From Planctomycetota bacterium (GTDB lineage Bacteria; Planctomycetota; Phycisphaerae; Phycisphaerales; UBA1924): a DNA stretch of 64,000 nt. Position numbers and translations under genes: made by a program. The notes under the pieces were generated by a model. It saw only the letters and a program-made list of their open reading frames with translations, did no database searches and was not told where the DNA came from. Location: positions 10,675 to 74,674 of the forward strand of contig JBCCZQ010000004.1 in assembly GCA_039187315.1 (NCBI GenBank), read 5' to 3'. Shown one piece after another: positions 47,127-55,515 of this stretch. Within the stretch, counting starts at the first letter, position 1. Each line of letters starts with the position of its first letter.

Positions 47127-48131
47127 ATGGTAAAGCTCCGAAAGGGCGCACACCGGCGGTCGGTTGGATCCTGTGTGGATGAAACTGGGCGTTCCAGTGA
47201 TGCTGGGCAAGCGCGTGTGGGTCGTTCTGTTGGAGGCGGTGCGATCAGCGGGCTTCGTTTGACGAGCTTGGGCTTGCTGCTGCGTGAGCGGCGAGTGTCG
47301 CTGGGTCTGTCGTTGACGACGCTGGCCGCTCGCGTTGGATGTGCGAAGAGCCTGCTTTCACAGATCGAGACGGGCGTGCGATCGACGCCGCCGAAGCCGA
47401 CGATGCTGCGCAAGCTGGAGTCAGCGCTCGGCTGGCCGGCTGGCTGGCTGGATGAGCCGGCAGCGTGGGCGCGGACGCCCGAGGGGGTTCGCCGGCAGGT
47501 GGAGCGGAGTTCGGAGGCAGCGCGTCGGCTGCGTGCGATCCTCGCCGAGGCCGCATCGGGGTCCGGGTCGGACCGGGTCCGTGCGGGGTCGGTTCGCGGC
47601 ACGCTTGACGGTTTGTACGCATCGGGCGAGCTCCGCCGGCTCGTAGATGCGGTGGATCCTCTTGGGTCGGCGTTGAGGGGTCCGGGCCTGGATTCGGTGT
47701 TTCCCGCTTCGCTGCCGCACGAGGTGCCGCTAATCAACCGCGTGGTGGCGGGGTACCCGACGGAGTTCACGGATCTGGGGTATCCGGCGCGGGTGGCGGA
47801 CGAGTATGTGCGTGTGCCTGATCTGGCGGACCCGGACGCGTTCGCAGCGCGTGTGGTGGGCGATTCGATGTCGCCAGACTATCGGGAGGGGGATGTCGTG
47901 GTGTTCAGCCCAGCGAAGGCTGTGCGCGACGGATGTGACTGCTTCGCTCGCCTGGAGCCCGATCAGACCACAACCTTCAAACGGGTCTTCTTTGAGACGG
48001 ACGGCGATGGGGCGGAGCGGATCCGGCTTCAGCCGCTGAACGCGTCGTATCCGCCGACCGTGCTGCCGCGATCGGAGGTGGCGGGGCTGTACCGGGCGGT
48101 TTCGGTCGTACGGACGCTGCCGGACGGTTGA
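47127..48131 (+). CDS. LexA/CI-like self-cleaving repressor (XRE-type HTH + S24 peptidase domain)
   Basis: The HTH is LSLTTLAARVGCAKSLLSQIETG. The C-domain is collinear with LexA: Ala-Gly cleavage region LINRVVAGYP, Ser nucleophile VVGDSMSP, Lys general base TTFKRV. I trimmed the ORF to the ATG at 47127. Confidence 0.8.
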   Translation: MVKLRKGAHRRSVGSCVDETGRSSDAGQARVGRSVGGGAISGLRLTSLGLLLRERRVSLGLSLTTLAARVGCAKSLLSQIETGVRSTPPKPTMLRKLESALGWPAGWLDEPAAWARTPEGVRRQVERSSEAARRLRAILAEAASGSGSDRVRAGSVRGTLDGLYASGELRRLVDAVDPLGSALRGPGLDSVFPASLPHEVPLINRVVAGYPTEFTDLGYPARVADEYVRVPDLADPDAFAARVVGDSMSPDYREGDVVVFSPAKAVRDGCDCFARLEPDQTTTFKRVFFETDGDGAERIRLQPLNASYPPTVLPRSEVAGLYRAVSVVRTLPDG

Positions 48132-48448
48132 TGGCGGTTCTGTGACGGGGGTGTCGGAGTCGGGAACTTGTCGGCTCGGCCGTGCGGACGGGGGTAGGTT
48201 GGTTCGTTGGTTGGTTGGCGGGCGTGGCGGGTGACGCGTGGGGTGGTGTGCCGTATGCTTTCGCCGTGCAGCGGCTGCGGGGGTGGCCGCGGGGCCGCCG
48301 GTGGGTGCTGGCGCTCGATCGGTGGACCGATGGTTGCCGCGAGCCAGCGGGTGAGCCCGACGCGAGTGGGGGATGCCGCGGACCGCGGGGCCCGATGACA
48401 GCGACGCCCGTGCGCCCGGTAGCGGCGTGCCGGTGAGGAGCGCGAACG

Positions 48449-49699
48449 ATGGCGAAGATGTTCTACTCGCTCGACGAGGCGGCGCAGGCGTTGGGCAAGA
48501 CGCCCGCCGAGATCCGGGCGATGGTCGAGTCGGGCGAGTTGCAGGAGTTCCGTTCGGGGGACGATCTTGTCGTCAAGCGTGAGCAGGTCGACCTGCTGCG
48601 CGGCGACGATCCGAGCGAAGGCTCGATCGCGAGTGAGATCCTCGGGACGGGCGACACGGGCGTTGGTGAGGTCGGCGCCGAGGCGTCCGCGTTCGACGAG
48701 GACTCGCTGGGCATGATCGGCTTGTCGGACTCGGTGATGGACGACGATGCGCCGATCGTCGATGCGGGCAACGAGGACAGCCTGGTGATCGGCCTCGAAG
48801 AGAGTTCCATGGCTGGCTCGCTGAACCAGGAGGATCTTGGGCAGCCGGAGCTTGGCGATGAGATGGCGGACGAGCCGTCCGACACGGGCGTGTCGGCAAG
48901 CTCGGGCGGGAGCATCGGGCTGACGGACTCGGTGACGGACACGGCCGCGGTCGTTGGCGACACAACGGCGGGCAGCAGCACGAGCGATCCTTCGCCCAGC
49001 GGCGACTCGGTTGGTTTGAGCGGCAGCGGCCTTGGCAGCGGTATCGGCTTGGCGCCGCTGACCGATCCTGCTGACCCCGGCGCGAGCGGTTCTGGCGTGA
49101 TCAGCCTGGCGAACGAGTCGGGCGGCGATATCCCGATCGAGCTCGGCAGCGTGGACGCGAAGGATCAGACGGGGATCAGCATCTTCGACGACTCGCTGGA
49201 GGACGACGACGCGTCCGCGGCGACGATCGTGACCACGGATGCGACGGCGCCCGACATGTCGACGCCGGACTTCGATGCCGGCGCATCGGGCTCGGGCCTG
49301 CTGGACCTGACACGCGAGGGTGACGACACGTCGCTGGGTGTCGACCTGATCGGCGATGCGGGCGGGAGCGCCGCGGGCGTCGACGCCGGCGTAGCGGCTG
49401 GTGCGTTGTTCGAAACGCCCGACGCTGGCGAAACGGATCTGGCGACGGCTGCGCCGATGGCGGCATTCGCCGAGGCGTACGACGGGGGCGGGTCGGGGCT
49501 CGTTGGTGGGCTGGCGCTGGGAGTGATCCTCGCGGCCCTGTTCACAGGTGCGATCGGCATCCTGTGGATGCGCGGTGGCACCGGTGCGCAGTTGTTCGAG
49601 CTGATCGGCGATGTGCCGTGGTTCGCGCCGGCGGCGGCTATCGCTGGGCTGACGCTGGTGGTCACGCTGATCGCGTGGGCGCTTGGGCGTCGCGGCTGA
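48449..49699 (+). CDS. Excisionase/MerR-type HTH protein with long acidic disordered region and C-terminal membrane anchor
   Basis: The N-terminus MFYSLDEAAQALGKTPAEIRAMVESGELQEF is HTH_17-like. About 280 aa of D/S/G-rich sequence follows, then two C-terminal TM helices (LVGGLALGVILAALFTGAIGILW, APAAAIAGLTLVVTLIAWAL). Confidence 0.65.
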   Translation: MAKMFYSLDEAAQALGKTPAEIRAMVESGELQEFRSGDDLVVKREQVDLLRGDDPSEGSIASEILGTGDTGVGEVGAEASAFDEDSLGMIGLSDSVMDDDAPIVDAGNEDSLVIGLEESSMAGSLNQEDLGQPELGDEMADEPSDTGVSASSGGSIGLTDSVTDTAAVVGDTTAGSSTSDPSPSGDSVGLSGSGLGSGIGLAPLTDPADPGASGSGVISLANESGGDIPIELGSVDAKDQTGISIFDDSLEDDDASAATIVTTDATAPDMSTPDFDAGASGSGLLDLTREGDDTSLGVDLIGDAGGSAAGVDAGVAAGALFETPDAGETDLATAAPMAAFAEAYDGGGSGLVGGLALGVILAALFTGAIGILWMRGGTGAQLFELIGDVPWFAPAAAIAGLTLVVTLIAWALGRRG

Positions 49700-49726
49700 C
49701 GCGGGCCCGCACACGGACGGCGTGGA

Positions 49727-50167
49727 TTAGCCGAGGTCCGCGGGATCGACGATCGCGGGCCTGCTTGCGCGGCCGCCTGGGATGCCCAGGCGTGTAAGCA
49801 GTCCGGTCACGGCGTATCGGAGCCCTGTAGTTGTTGGGTTGGACGCGTCGATGCTTGCCGAGAGGACGCGGCCGCGTGCATCGGTAACGTCCAGATGGAG
49901 CCAGCGTCCTGCATCGACCCGGCTGACGCGGGCTGCGGGGAGCTCGATCGGGATGTCGATGCGGTTGGCGTGGTCGATGAGCGTTGCGTCGGTGCGATTT
50001 CCGGTGATGGTGATGGCGAGGACCACGTCGCTGTTCCGTCGTGTGTGGCTCGGATCGGGCAGGATGTCGGCGACGGCCGAACGCGGGAGCTTCCAGGCAA
50101 CGGCGATCGCGGTGTGCTCGCGTGAGGCCGGCAGCTGATCAACGGTTGGGCGGCCGAGCACGCTCAT
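49727..50167 (-). CDS. Hypothetical protein
   Basis: I trimmed the ORF to the ATG at 50167, which overlaps the upstream stop as ATGA (50164-50167). I recognise no motif. Confidence 0.5.
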   Translation of the reverse strand: MSVLGRPTVDQLPASREHTAIAVAWKLPRSAVADILPDPSHTRRNSDVVLAITITGNRTDATLIDHANRIDIPIELPAARVSRVDAGRWLHLDVTDARGRVLSASIDASNPTTTGLRYAVTGLLTRLGIPGGRASRPAIVDPADLG

Positions 50168-50721
50168 GGCATCTTCCCGAGGAGCTTGGCGGCGGTTTCG
50201 AGGCCCTTGCCGCTTGGTCCGGCGAAGCGTTGGCTGAGCTTCTCGAGCGTCTGGAAGAACTCGAGCATGCGTTCGATGCGCTTCTGGAGAGAGGCCAGGT
50301 CCTGCTGCTGCTGCGGGTCGCCCGAGGCGTCCGGCGGCGGGCAGCGGTCGTGGATCTCGAACATGCGTGCGAGCAGCGGCTCGACCTCGCGCTTCATGCG
50401 TTCGCGCACGATGGATCGGAAGATGGACCAGACGTCCTGGTCGGCTTCGAAGTATTCCTTGCGGTCGCCGCGTTTGTGGGTTCGGCTGACGATGCCCCAG
50501 TCGAGCAGGGCGCGGATGGACATGGACGCGTTGCCGCGTGAGATCTGGAGGCGGTCCATGATCTCGTCGGTGTTCATCGGCTCGCCGGCGATGTAGAGCA
50601 GGGCGTGGACTTCGGCCATCGTGCGGCTGATGCCCCATGCGCCGGCCATCTGACCCCATGCGGCGATGAACTCATCGGCGATGTGCTGGACGCCGGCGGT
50701 GTTCGTGGGAGAGCTGGCCAT
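50164..50721 (-). CDS. GbsR/MarR-type winged-helix transcriptional regulator
   Basis: The sequence GISRTMAEVHALLYIAGEPMNTDEIMDRLQISRGNASMSIRALLDWGIV gives a wHTH. I trimmed the ORF to the Met at 50721 (MASSPTNT). Confidence 0.7.
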   Translation of the reverse strand: MASSPTNTAGVQHIADEFIAAWGQMAGAWGISRTMAEVHALLYIAGEPMNTDEIMDRLQISRGNASMSIRALLDWGIVSRTHKRGDRKEYFEADQDVWSIFRSIVRERMKREVEPLLARMFEIHDRCPPPDASGDPQQQQDLASLQKRIERMLEFFQTLEKLSQRFAGPSGKGLETAAKLLGKMP

Positions 50722-50780
50722 TGGGTGAGTATCTGATGAATGGGTGCGTGGGACAAGCATGAGTTTCAGAAATGATTGAA

Positions 50781-50833
50781 AATGGGAATGGGGAATGGGG
50801 AATGGGCAATGGGCAGCGGGCAGCGGGGGTGGG
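50781..50833 (+). repeat. G-tract heptamer tandem repeat (AATGGG(G) x4 then CAATGGG, CAGCGGG, CAGCGGGGG, TGGG)
   Basis: I read this directly. There are eight runs of at least 3 G separated by 1-4 nt within about 50 nt, in the spacer between two minus-strand genes. Confidence 0.85.
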
Positions 50834-50849
50834 TTCGTAGGCGAGGAGG

Positions 50850-51767
50850 CTAGATCAAGAGATCAAGAAGTCCGGTGAAACCGAGGGCGAGGCTGGCCAG
50901 GCCGTTGTAGGTGAAGAAGGCCATCGGGATCCCGGCGGGTCCGCGGCGAGCGAGGAGGGTGTGCTCGGCGGCGAGGAGCACGAGCACAGCGGCGACCCCG
51001 GCGGCGAAGGCGTGTCCCATGCGGTCGCTGGTCAGGGCTGCGGCGATGAGGGCAGCGGCGGCAGCGGCGTGGAGTGTGCGGCTGATCCAGACCGCGCCGC
51101 GCCAGCCCAGGGCGGCGGGGATGGAGTGGAGCTTTGTGGCTCGGTCGAAGTCGAGGTCCTGGAGGGCATAGATGATGTCGAAGCCGGCGACCCAGACGAG
51201 GACGAAGCCGGCGATCCACCAGAGCTCTGGCGTGTCGGCGAGGGTGTCGGGGCGGACGGCGAGCGCAGCGGCGAGGGGGCTGATCGCGAGTGCGGCGCCG
51301 AGGAAGGCGTGGCAGAGCGCGGAGAAGCGCTTGGTGTAGCTGTAGAGCGCGATGAACCCGAGGACTGGTACGCACAACGCCGCGGGCCACGGGTTGCCCA
51401 GCAGGGGCCAGAAGAGTGTGGCCGTGGCGCAGAAGAGCGAGGCGGCGCCGAGGGCGATGCGCCAGCCGCGGCGTGGGTCGAGCACGCCTGAGGCGACGGC
51501 TCGGTTGGCTGTGCGGGGGTTCGCGGCGTCGAAGCGGGCATCGGCGAGCCTGTTGACGAGCATGGCCCAGGTGCGGGCGAAGACCATGCAGGCGAGGACG
51601 AGCAGGGTCACGATCGCGATGCGCGGCGTCGGCGTGTTGGGCTCGAACGCGAGGGCCATGCCGAGGACGGCGAAGGGCATGGCGAAGACGGTGTGGGCGA
51701 GCTTGATGTCGCCGAGCGCGAGCGTCAGGGCGGAACGGTGTGGTGTCGGTGCGTCGGCGGTTGGCAT
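50850..51767 (-). CDS. UbiA-like aromatic polyprenyltransferase (4-hydroxybenzoate polyprenyltransferase-related / MqnP-like)
   Basis: The motif VNRLADARFDAANPRTANRAVASG (NxxxDxxxD...NPRTxxR) and the second Asp-rich region ALQDLDFD are present with about 8 TM helices. I trimmed the ORF to the Met at 51767. Confidence 0.8.
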   Translation of the reverse strand: MPTADAPTPHRSALTLALGDIKLAHTVFAMPFAVLGMALAFEPNTPTPRIAIVTLLVLACMVFARTWAMLVNRLADARFDAANPRTANRAVASGVLDPRRGWRIALGAASLFCATATLFWPLLGNPWPAALCVPVLGFIALYSYTKRFSALCHAFLGAALAISPLAAALAVRPDTLADTPELWWIAGFVLVWVAGFDIIYALQDLDFDRATKLHSIPAALGWRGAVWISRTLHAAAAAALIAAALTSDRMGHAFAAGVAAVLVLLAAEHTLLARRGPAGIPMAFFTYNGLASLALGFTGLLDLLI

Positions 51768-51813
51768 CTGCCTGACAGTAGCGGCCGCGCGTGAGACGGC
51801 GTGCGGCCGGTTG

Positions 51814-53805
51814 TCAGCAGCCGACGGTGACCGCCGTGAGCCATGCGAAGAAGTCGCTGCTGTTGATCGCGCGGTCGCCGTTGACATCAGCGTCCGGTTG
51901 CAGTGTGTTGAAGCCGGTGAGCCAGGTGAAGTAGTCGTCGATGTCGATGGTGCCGGACCTGTCCTGATCGGCGAGGCATGTGCCGTGGACGGTGAGCGAG
52001 GCGTCGATGAGGGTGTTGGTATCGCCGGGCGCACCGTCGCTCACGCGGAGCGTCCAGGTTCCTGCGGCTCGTTCGTCCCAATGGCGGACGCTGGTGTAGA
52101 GGTGGTCCATGGTGTCGAAGCCGTTGAACCTGGTATCGGCGAGCCGTGCGACGGTTCCCCGGGGGCTGACGAGCTCGATGCGGGCATCGCCGAGGTAGGT
52201 GCCTGTCATGCGGACTCTGATCTCGACGTGCTCGGTCTTGATCTGTGGGGCGACTTTGAAGGTGAGCTCGGCGGGGTTGTCGTGGTCGTTGTCGATGAGG
52301 TCGGCGTTGGCGGTCTTGGTGCCGGCGTCGTAGCTGAAGGCTGGGCCGACGTGGTTCCAGGTTTCTGCGGCTTCGACCATGGCTTCGGCGTCGATGACTC
52401 CGAAGCCGTAGTTCTCGTTGAAGAGCCGCCCTGAGGCGTTGGTCGACCAGTCGGCGTTTTCGTCGTCGACGATTCGGACGGTATCAGCGATGAGGTGCTG
52501 GACATCGCGTTGGGTGAGGTTCGGGTTGGCCTCGAGTGCGAGTGCGACGGCGCCGGTGGCGCTTGGTGCGGCGGCGCTGGTTCCGCCGAAGCCGGTGTAG
52601 GCGTCGCCGCTGGAGGTTGTTGGGTGCCTGGTGGTGAAGATCTGACGCTGGACGTTGTCGGGTCCTGTGTTGCCGTTGGAGAACGCGACTGCGAACATGG
52701 CGGAGCCTCGTTCGTTGTAGGTGGCTCGTCGGCCGAGGTGTCCGACGGAACCGATCGCGATGGTGTGGCGGCTTGCGGCGAACCCGTCGTAGTCGGGGCG
52801 GTCGTCGTTGTTGCCGCCGTTGCCCGCAGCCCAGACGAAGACGGTGCCGAGCCCGCCGCGTCCGTTGGTCGCGCCGTCTTCGATGGCGGCGAGCTCGATG
52901 GGGTCGAGCGGGTGGAGGAAGCCGTTGTCGAGCGGCCCCCAGGAGTTGTTCTTGATGTCGATCTGATCGTTCTTGAACGCGAGGGCGTCGGCGTTGATCT
53001 GTTCGGTGGGCGCGAACTGGGCGTAGGTCTGCGAGCCGAAGGTGGCGTTGTAGGCGACGCCGGCGGCGCCGAGGTCGTTGTTGCCGGCGGCGACCGCGAT
53101 GCCGGCGACCGCGGTGCCGTGGAACGAGACGGTGCCGTTCTGGAAGAGGTTGGAGTTTCGGTTGGCGAACAGGTCCTCGTGGAAGCTGGCGACGCCTTCA
53201 TCGACCACACCGATGGTGACGCCCTGCCCGGTGTAGCCGCGGGACCACGCCCCGACGGCGTTGATGTCGTTGGTGGGGATCTGGTCGTTCTCGAGGTGCC
53301 ACGCGAGGGGGATGTCTGGATCGTTCGGGACGGCGCGGCTCGCGTACGGGCGTGAGACTTCAACCGCGGCGCGGCTGACACCCGGCTCTTCGGCGAGGAT
53401 GTCGGCGAGGGCGATGGCGTCGGTGACGGTGCCCGCGGTGACGTACGCAAAGCCTGGCATGGCGGCTCGTTCGAGGGCGTAGCCGCGCGCTTCGAGCTGG
53501 GCTAGCGCGGTGTCGGTGGCCTGAAGCGCGACGCGGTCGGTGATGGTGTAGGAACGAGTCGCGTCCCAAGGCTTGTCGCTCGCGGGCTTGGTCGGCGTCG
53601 CGATCGACAGGCGGGCGTTTGGTTCGGCGATGGAGACATCGAGCGTGCCGAAGGTGGCGCGGACCTTGACGGGGACGAAAGCGAACGGAACCTGAGCCGG
53701 GATGAGCGTTGTCGGCTGGGCGTGTTGATCGCTCGGCGGAGCGGCGGCTGCGGTCGCTGCGGCGGCAGAGAGGAAGGCGGTGATCGACGCCGAGGGGCGG
53801 TGCAT
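51814..53805 (-). CDS. Secreted S8 (subtilisin/kexin-like) serine protease with P-domain and C-terminal GC-type double dockerin module
   Basis: The catalytic triad blocks are GVTIGVVDEGV (Asp), FHGTAVAGIAVA (His) and GFGGTSAAAPSATGAVAL (Ser). The protein ends CLADQDRSGTIDIDDYFTWLTGF...DVNGDRAINSSDFFAWLTAVTVGC. I trimmed the 1222-aa track ORF to the ATG at 53805 (MHRPSASITAFLSAAAATAAA). Confidence 0.85.
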   Translation of the reverse strand: MHRPSASITAFLSAAAATAAAAPPSDQHAQPTTLIPAQVPFAFVPVKVRATFGTLDVSIAEPNARLSIATPTKPASDKPWDATRSYTITDRVALQATDTALAQLEARGYALERAAMPGFAYVTAGTVTDAIALADILAEEPGVSRAAVEVSRPYASRAVPNDPDIPLAWHLENDQIPTNDINAVGAWSRGYTGQGVTIGVVDEGVASFHEDLFANRNSNLFQNGTVSFHGTAVAGIAVAAGNNDLGAAGVAYNATFGSQTYAQFAPTEQINADALAFKNDQIDIKNNSWGPLDNGFLHPLDPIELAAIEDGATNGRGGLGTVFVWAAGNGGNNDDRPDYDGFAASRHTIAIGSVGHLGRRATYNERGSAMFAVAFSNGNTGPDNVQRQIFTTRHPTTSSGDAYTGFGGTSAAAPSATGAVALALEANPNLTQRDVQHLIADTVRIVDDENADWSTNASGRLFNENYGFGVIDAEAMVEAAETWNHVGPAFSYDAGTKTANADLIDNDHDNPAELTFKVAPQIKTEHVEIRVRMTGTYLGDARIELVSPRGTVARLADTRFNGFDTMDHLYTSVRHWDERAAGTWTLRVSDGAPGDTNTLIDASLTVHGTCLADQDRSGTIDIDDYFTWLTGFNTLQPDADVNGDRAINSSDFFAWLTAVTVGC

Positions 53806-53988
53806 GGGGCGGGTCTCCGCGTTGGTTCGGGGATCTGGAGCTTGGCGAGCCATACTGTTCGGTGCTGGTCCGGGAACGGACCCACAGGAATGGACACGCT
53901 CCGGTACGGAAGAGTCTTCCCGCGAGTTGCCGGGATGCCAGGAAAGCGGGGTTTGTTCAGCGTTTGGGTGACGTGGGGAGGGCTTGGA

Positions 53989-55476
53989 ATGGCTGATCTG
54001 AAGCGTCTGGAGGAGCTGTGCCGGGTCGGCAGGGCGTTGGTGGTGGTGCGTTCGTTTGAGGAGGCGGAGGTCCTGCAGCTTGTGCGTGACGCGGCGATGG
54101 GTCTGGACCGCTCGCTTCGGATCTGGACGGTGCTTAGCGGGGTGTACGACGGGATCTTGTCGCAGCCCGAGTCGGTCCCGGACACGACGGACCCTGTCAA
54201 GGGTTTGACGGCGCTGAGTCACAACGACGATGCACGGATGGTGTGCTTGGTGGATGTGGCTGAGCATCTGGACGACGCTCGTGTGCTGCGGGCGCTGCGG
54301 GACCTTGTGTCGGCGATGCGTTCGAGGAACGGGACGGTGGTGATGCTGGACCACTCGGCTCGGCTTCCCGAGGTGGTCGAGGCGCACGCGACGCGTTTCG
54401 AGCCGAGCCTGCCTGGCCGCGAGGAGCTGGAATCGATCGTGCGATCGACGGTGCAGCGGGTTCACCGTGCTTCGCCGATCGCGGTCGATCTCCGGCGTGA
54501 GCATCTTGACGCGATCGTGCGGAACCTGCGCGGGCTGACGCGTCGTCAGGCGGAGGAGGTGGTGCGGGAAGTGGCTGCGGTGGATCGACGGCTTGATGAG
54601 TCGGATATCGATGACATCGTGGACCTGAAGCGCGAGCTGATCCGTGCGGGTGGTCTTCTCGAGTTTGTCAGGGCTCCGACGAGCATGGAGCAGATCGGCG
54701 GGCTGGACCGTCTGAAGTCGTGGCTGCGATCCCGCGAGGGGGCGCTCGACTCGGCTGGTCTGGATACGCCGCGCGGCGTGCTGCTGCTGGGCGTGCAGGG
54801 CGCGGGCAAGAGCCTGTGCGCGAAGGCGATCGCGACGGCGTGGCGTCGGCCGCTGATGCGGATGGATGTTGGTGCGCTGTACGACAAGTATGTCGGTGAG
54901 AGCGAGCGGCGGCTGCGCGACACGCTGCATCAGACTGAGATGATGTCGCCGGTGATCCTGTGGATCGACGAGATCGAGAAGGCGTTCGCGTCGGCGGGGG
55001 GGCACTCGAACGACGGGGGTCTGAGCCGCCGGATGTTCGGGACGCTCCTGACGTGGATGCAGGAGCACCGGGCGCCGGTGTTCTTGGTCGCGACGGCGAA
55101 CGACATCGAGGCGCTGCCGCCCGAGCTCCTGCGGAAGGGCCGGTTCGACGAGATCTTCTTCGTGGACCTGCCCGGCGAGGAAGCCAGAGCCGCGATCTTC
55201 CGGATCCATCTGGGCAAGCGTGAGCTGGACCCTGGCTCGTTCGACATGCCGCGGCTGGTGGAGGCGAGCGCGGGTTTCAGCGGTGCGGAGATCGAGCAGG
55301 CGATCATCGCGGCGCGTCACGAGGCGCGTGCAACAGGCTCGGGTACAGGTCAGGCTCTGGGCACGGATGGCTTGGTGCGGGTGCTGGGCGAGTCGCCGCC
55401 GCTGAGCGTGACGATGGCGGAGAAGGTGGCCGAGCTGCGTGCGTGGAGCCGGGGCCGGTGCGTGCCGGCGGAGTGA
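53989..55476 (+). CDS. AAA+ ATPase (single C-terminal AAA module, Ycf46-like)
   Basis: Walker A (GVLLLGVQGAGKSLCAKAIA), Walker B (ILWIDEIEKAF), ATANDIEALPPELLRKGRFDE and sensor 2 (SGAEIEQ) are present. The ATG at 53989 is preceded by GGGGAGGG. Confidence 0.85.
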   Translation: MADLKRLEELCRVGRALVVVRSFEEAEVLQLVRDAAMGLDRSLRIWTVLSGVYDGILSQPESVPDTTDPVKGLTALSHNDDARMVCLVDVAEHLDDARVLRALRDLVSAMRSRNGTVVMLDHSARLPEVVEAHATRFEPSLPGREELESIVRSTVQRVHRASPIAVDLRREHLDAIVRNLRGLTRRQAEEVVREVAAVDRRLDESDIDDIVDLKRELIRAGGLLEFVRAPTSMEQIGGLDRLKSWLRSREGALDSAGLDTPRGVLLLGVQGAGKSLCAKAIATAWRRPLMRMDVGALYDKYVGESERRLRDTLHQTEMMSPVILWIDEIEKAFASAGGHSNDGGLSRRMFGTLLTWMQEHRAPVFLVATANDIEALPPELLRKGRFDEIFFVDLPGEEARAAIFRIHLGKRELDPGSFDMPRLVEASAGFSGAEIEQAIIAARHEARATGSGTGQALGTDGLVRVLGESPPLSVTMAEKVAELRAWSRGRCVPAE

Positions 55477-55515
55477 ACGCAATGGGCGGGCATGTTGCAG
55501 CCGCTCGGGTAGCGC

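Noticed and set aside
43651-48131. Calling the TerL/repressor locus an intact prophage or integrative element
   Set aside because: No integrase or recombinase, portal, capsid, tail or lysis genes are present, and I saw no flanking direct repeats or adjacent tRNA. The nearest tRNA is more than 15 kb away. At most it is a remnant or a non-viral module.
48029-49714. 561-aa minus-strand ORF
   Set aside because: It is antisense to the HTH-IDR-TM gene and overlaps the repressor 3' end. It is Arg-rich with no motifs.
53806-55482. Upstream two-thirds of the 1222-aa minus-strand ORF 51814-55482
   Set aside because: This part is antisense to the well-supported AAA+ ATPase gene and is Arg/His/Pro/Gln-rich. 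The S8 protease clearly starts at the signal peptide Met at 53805.
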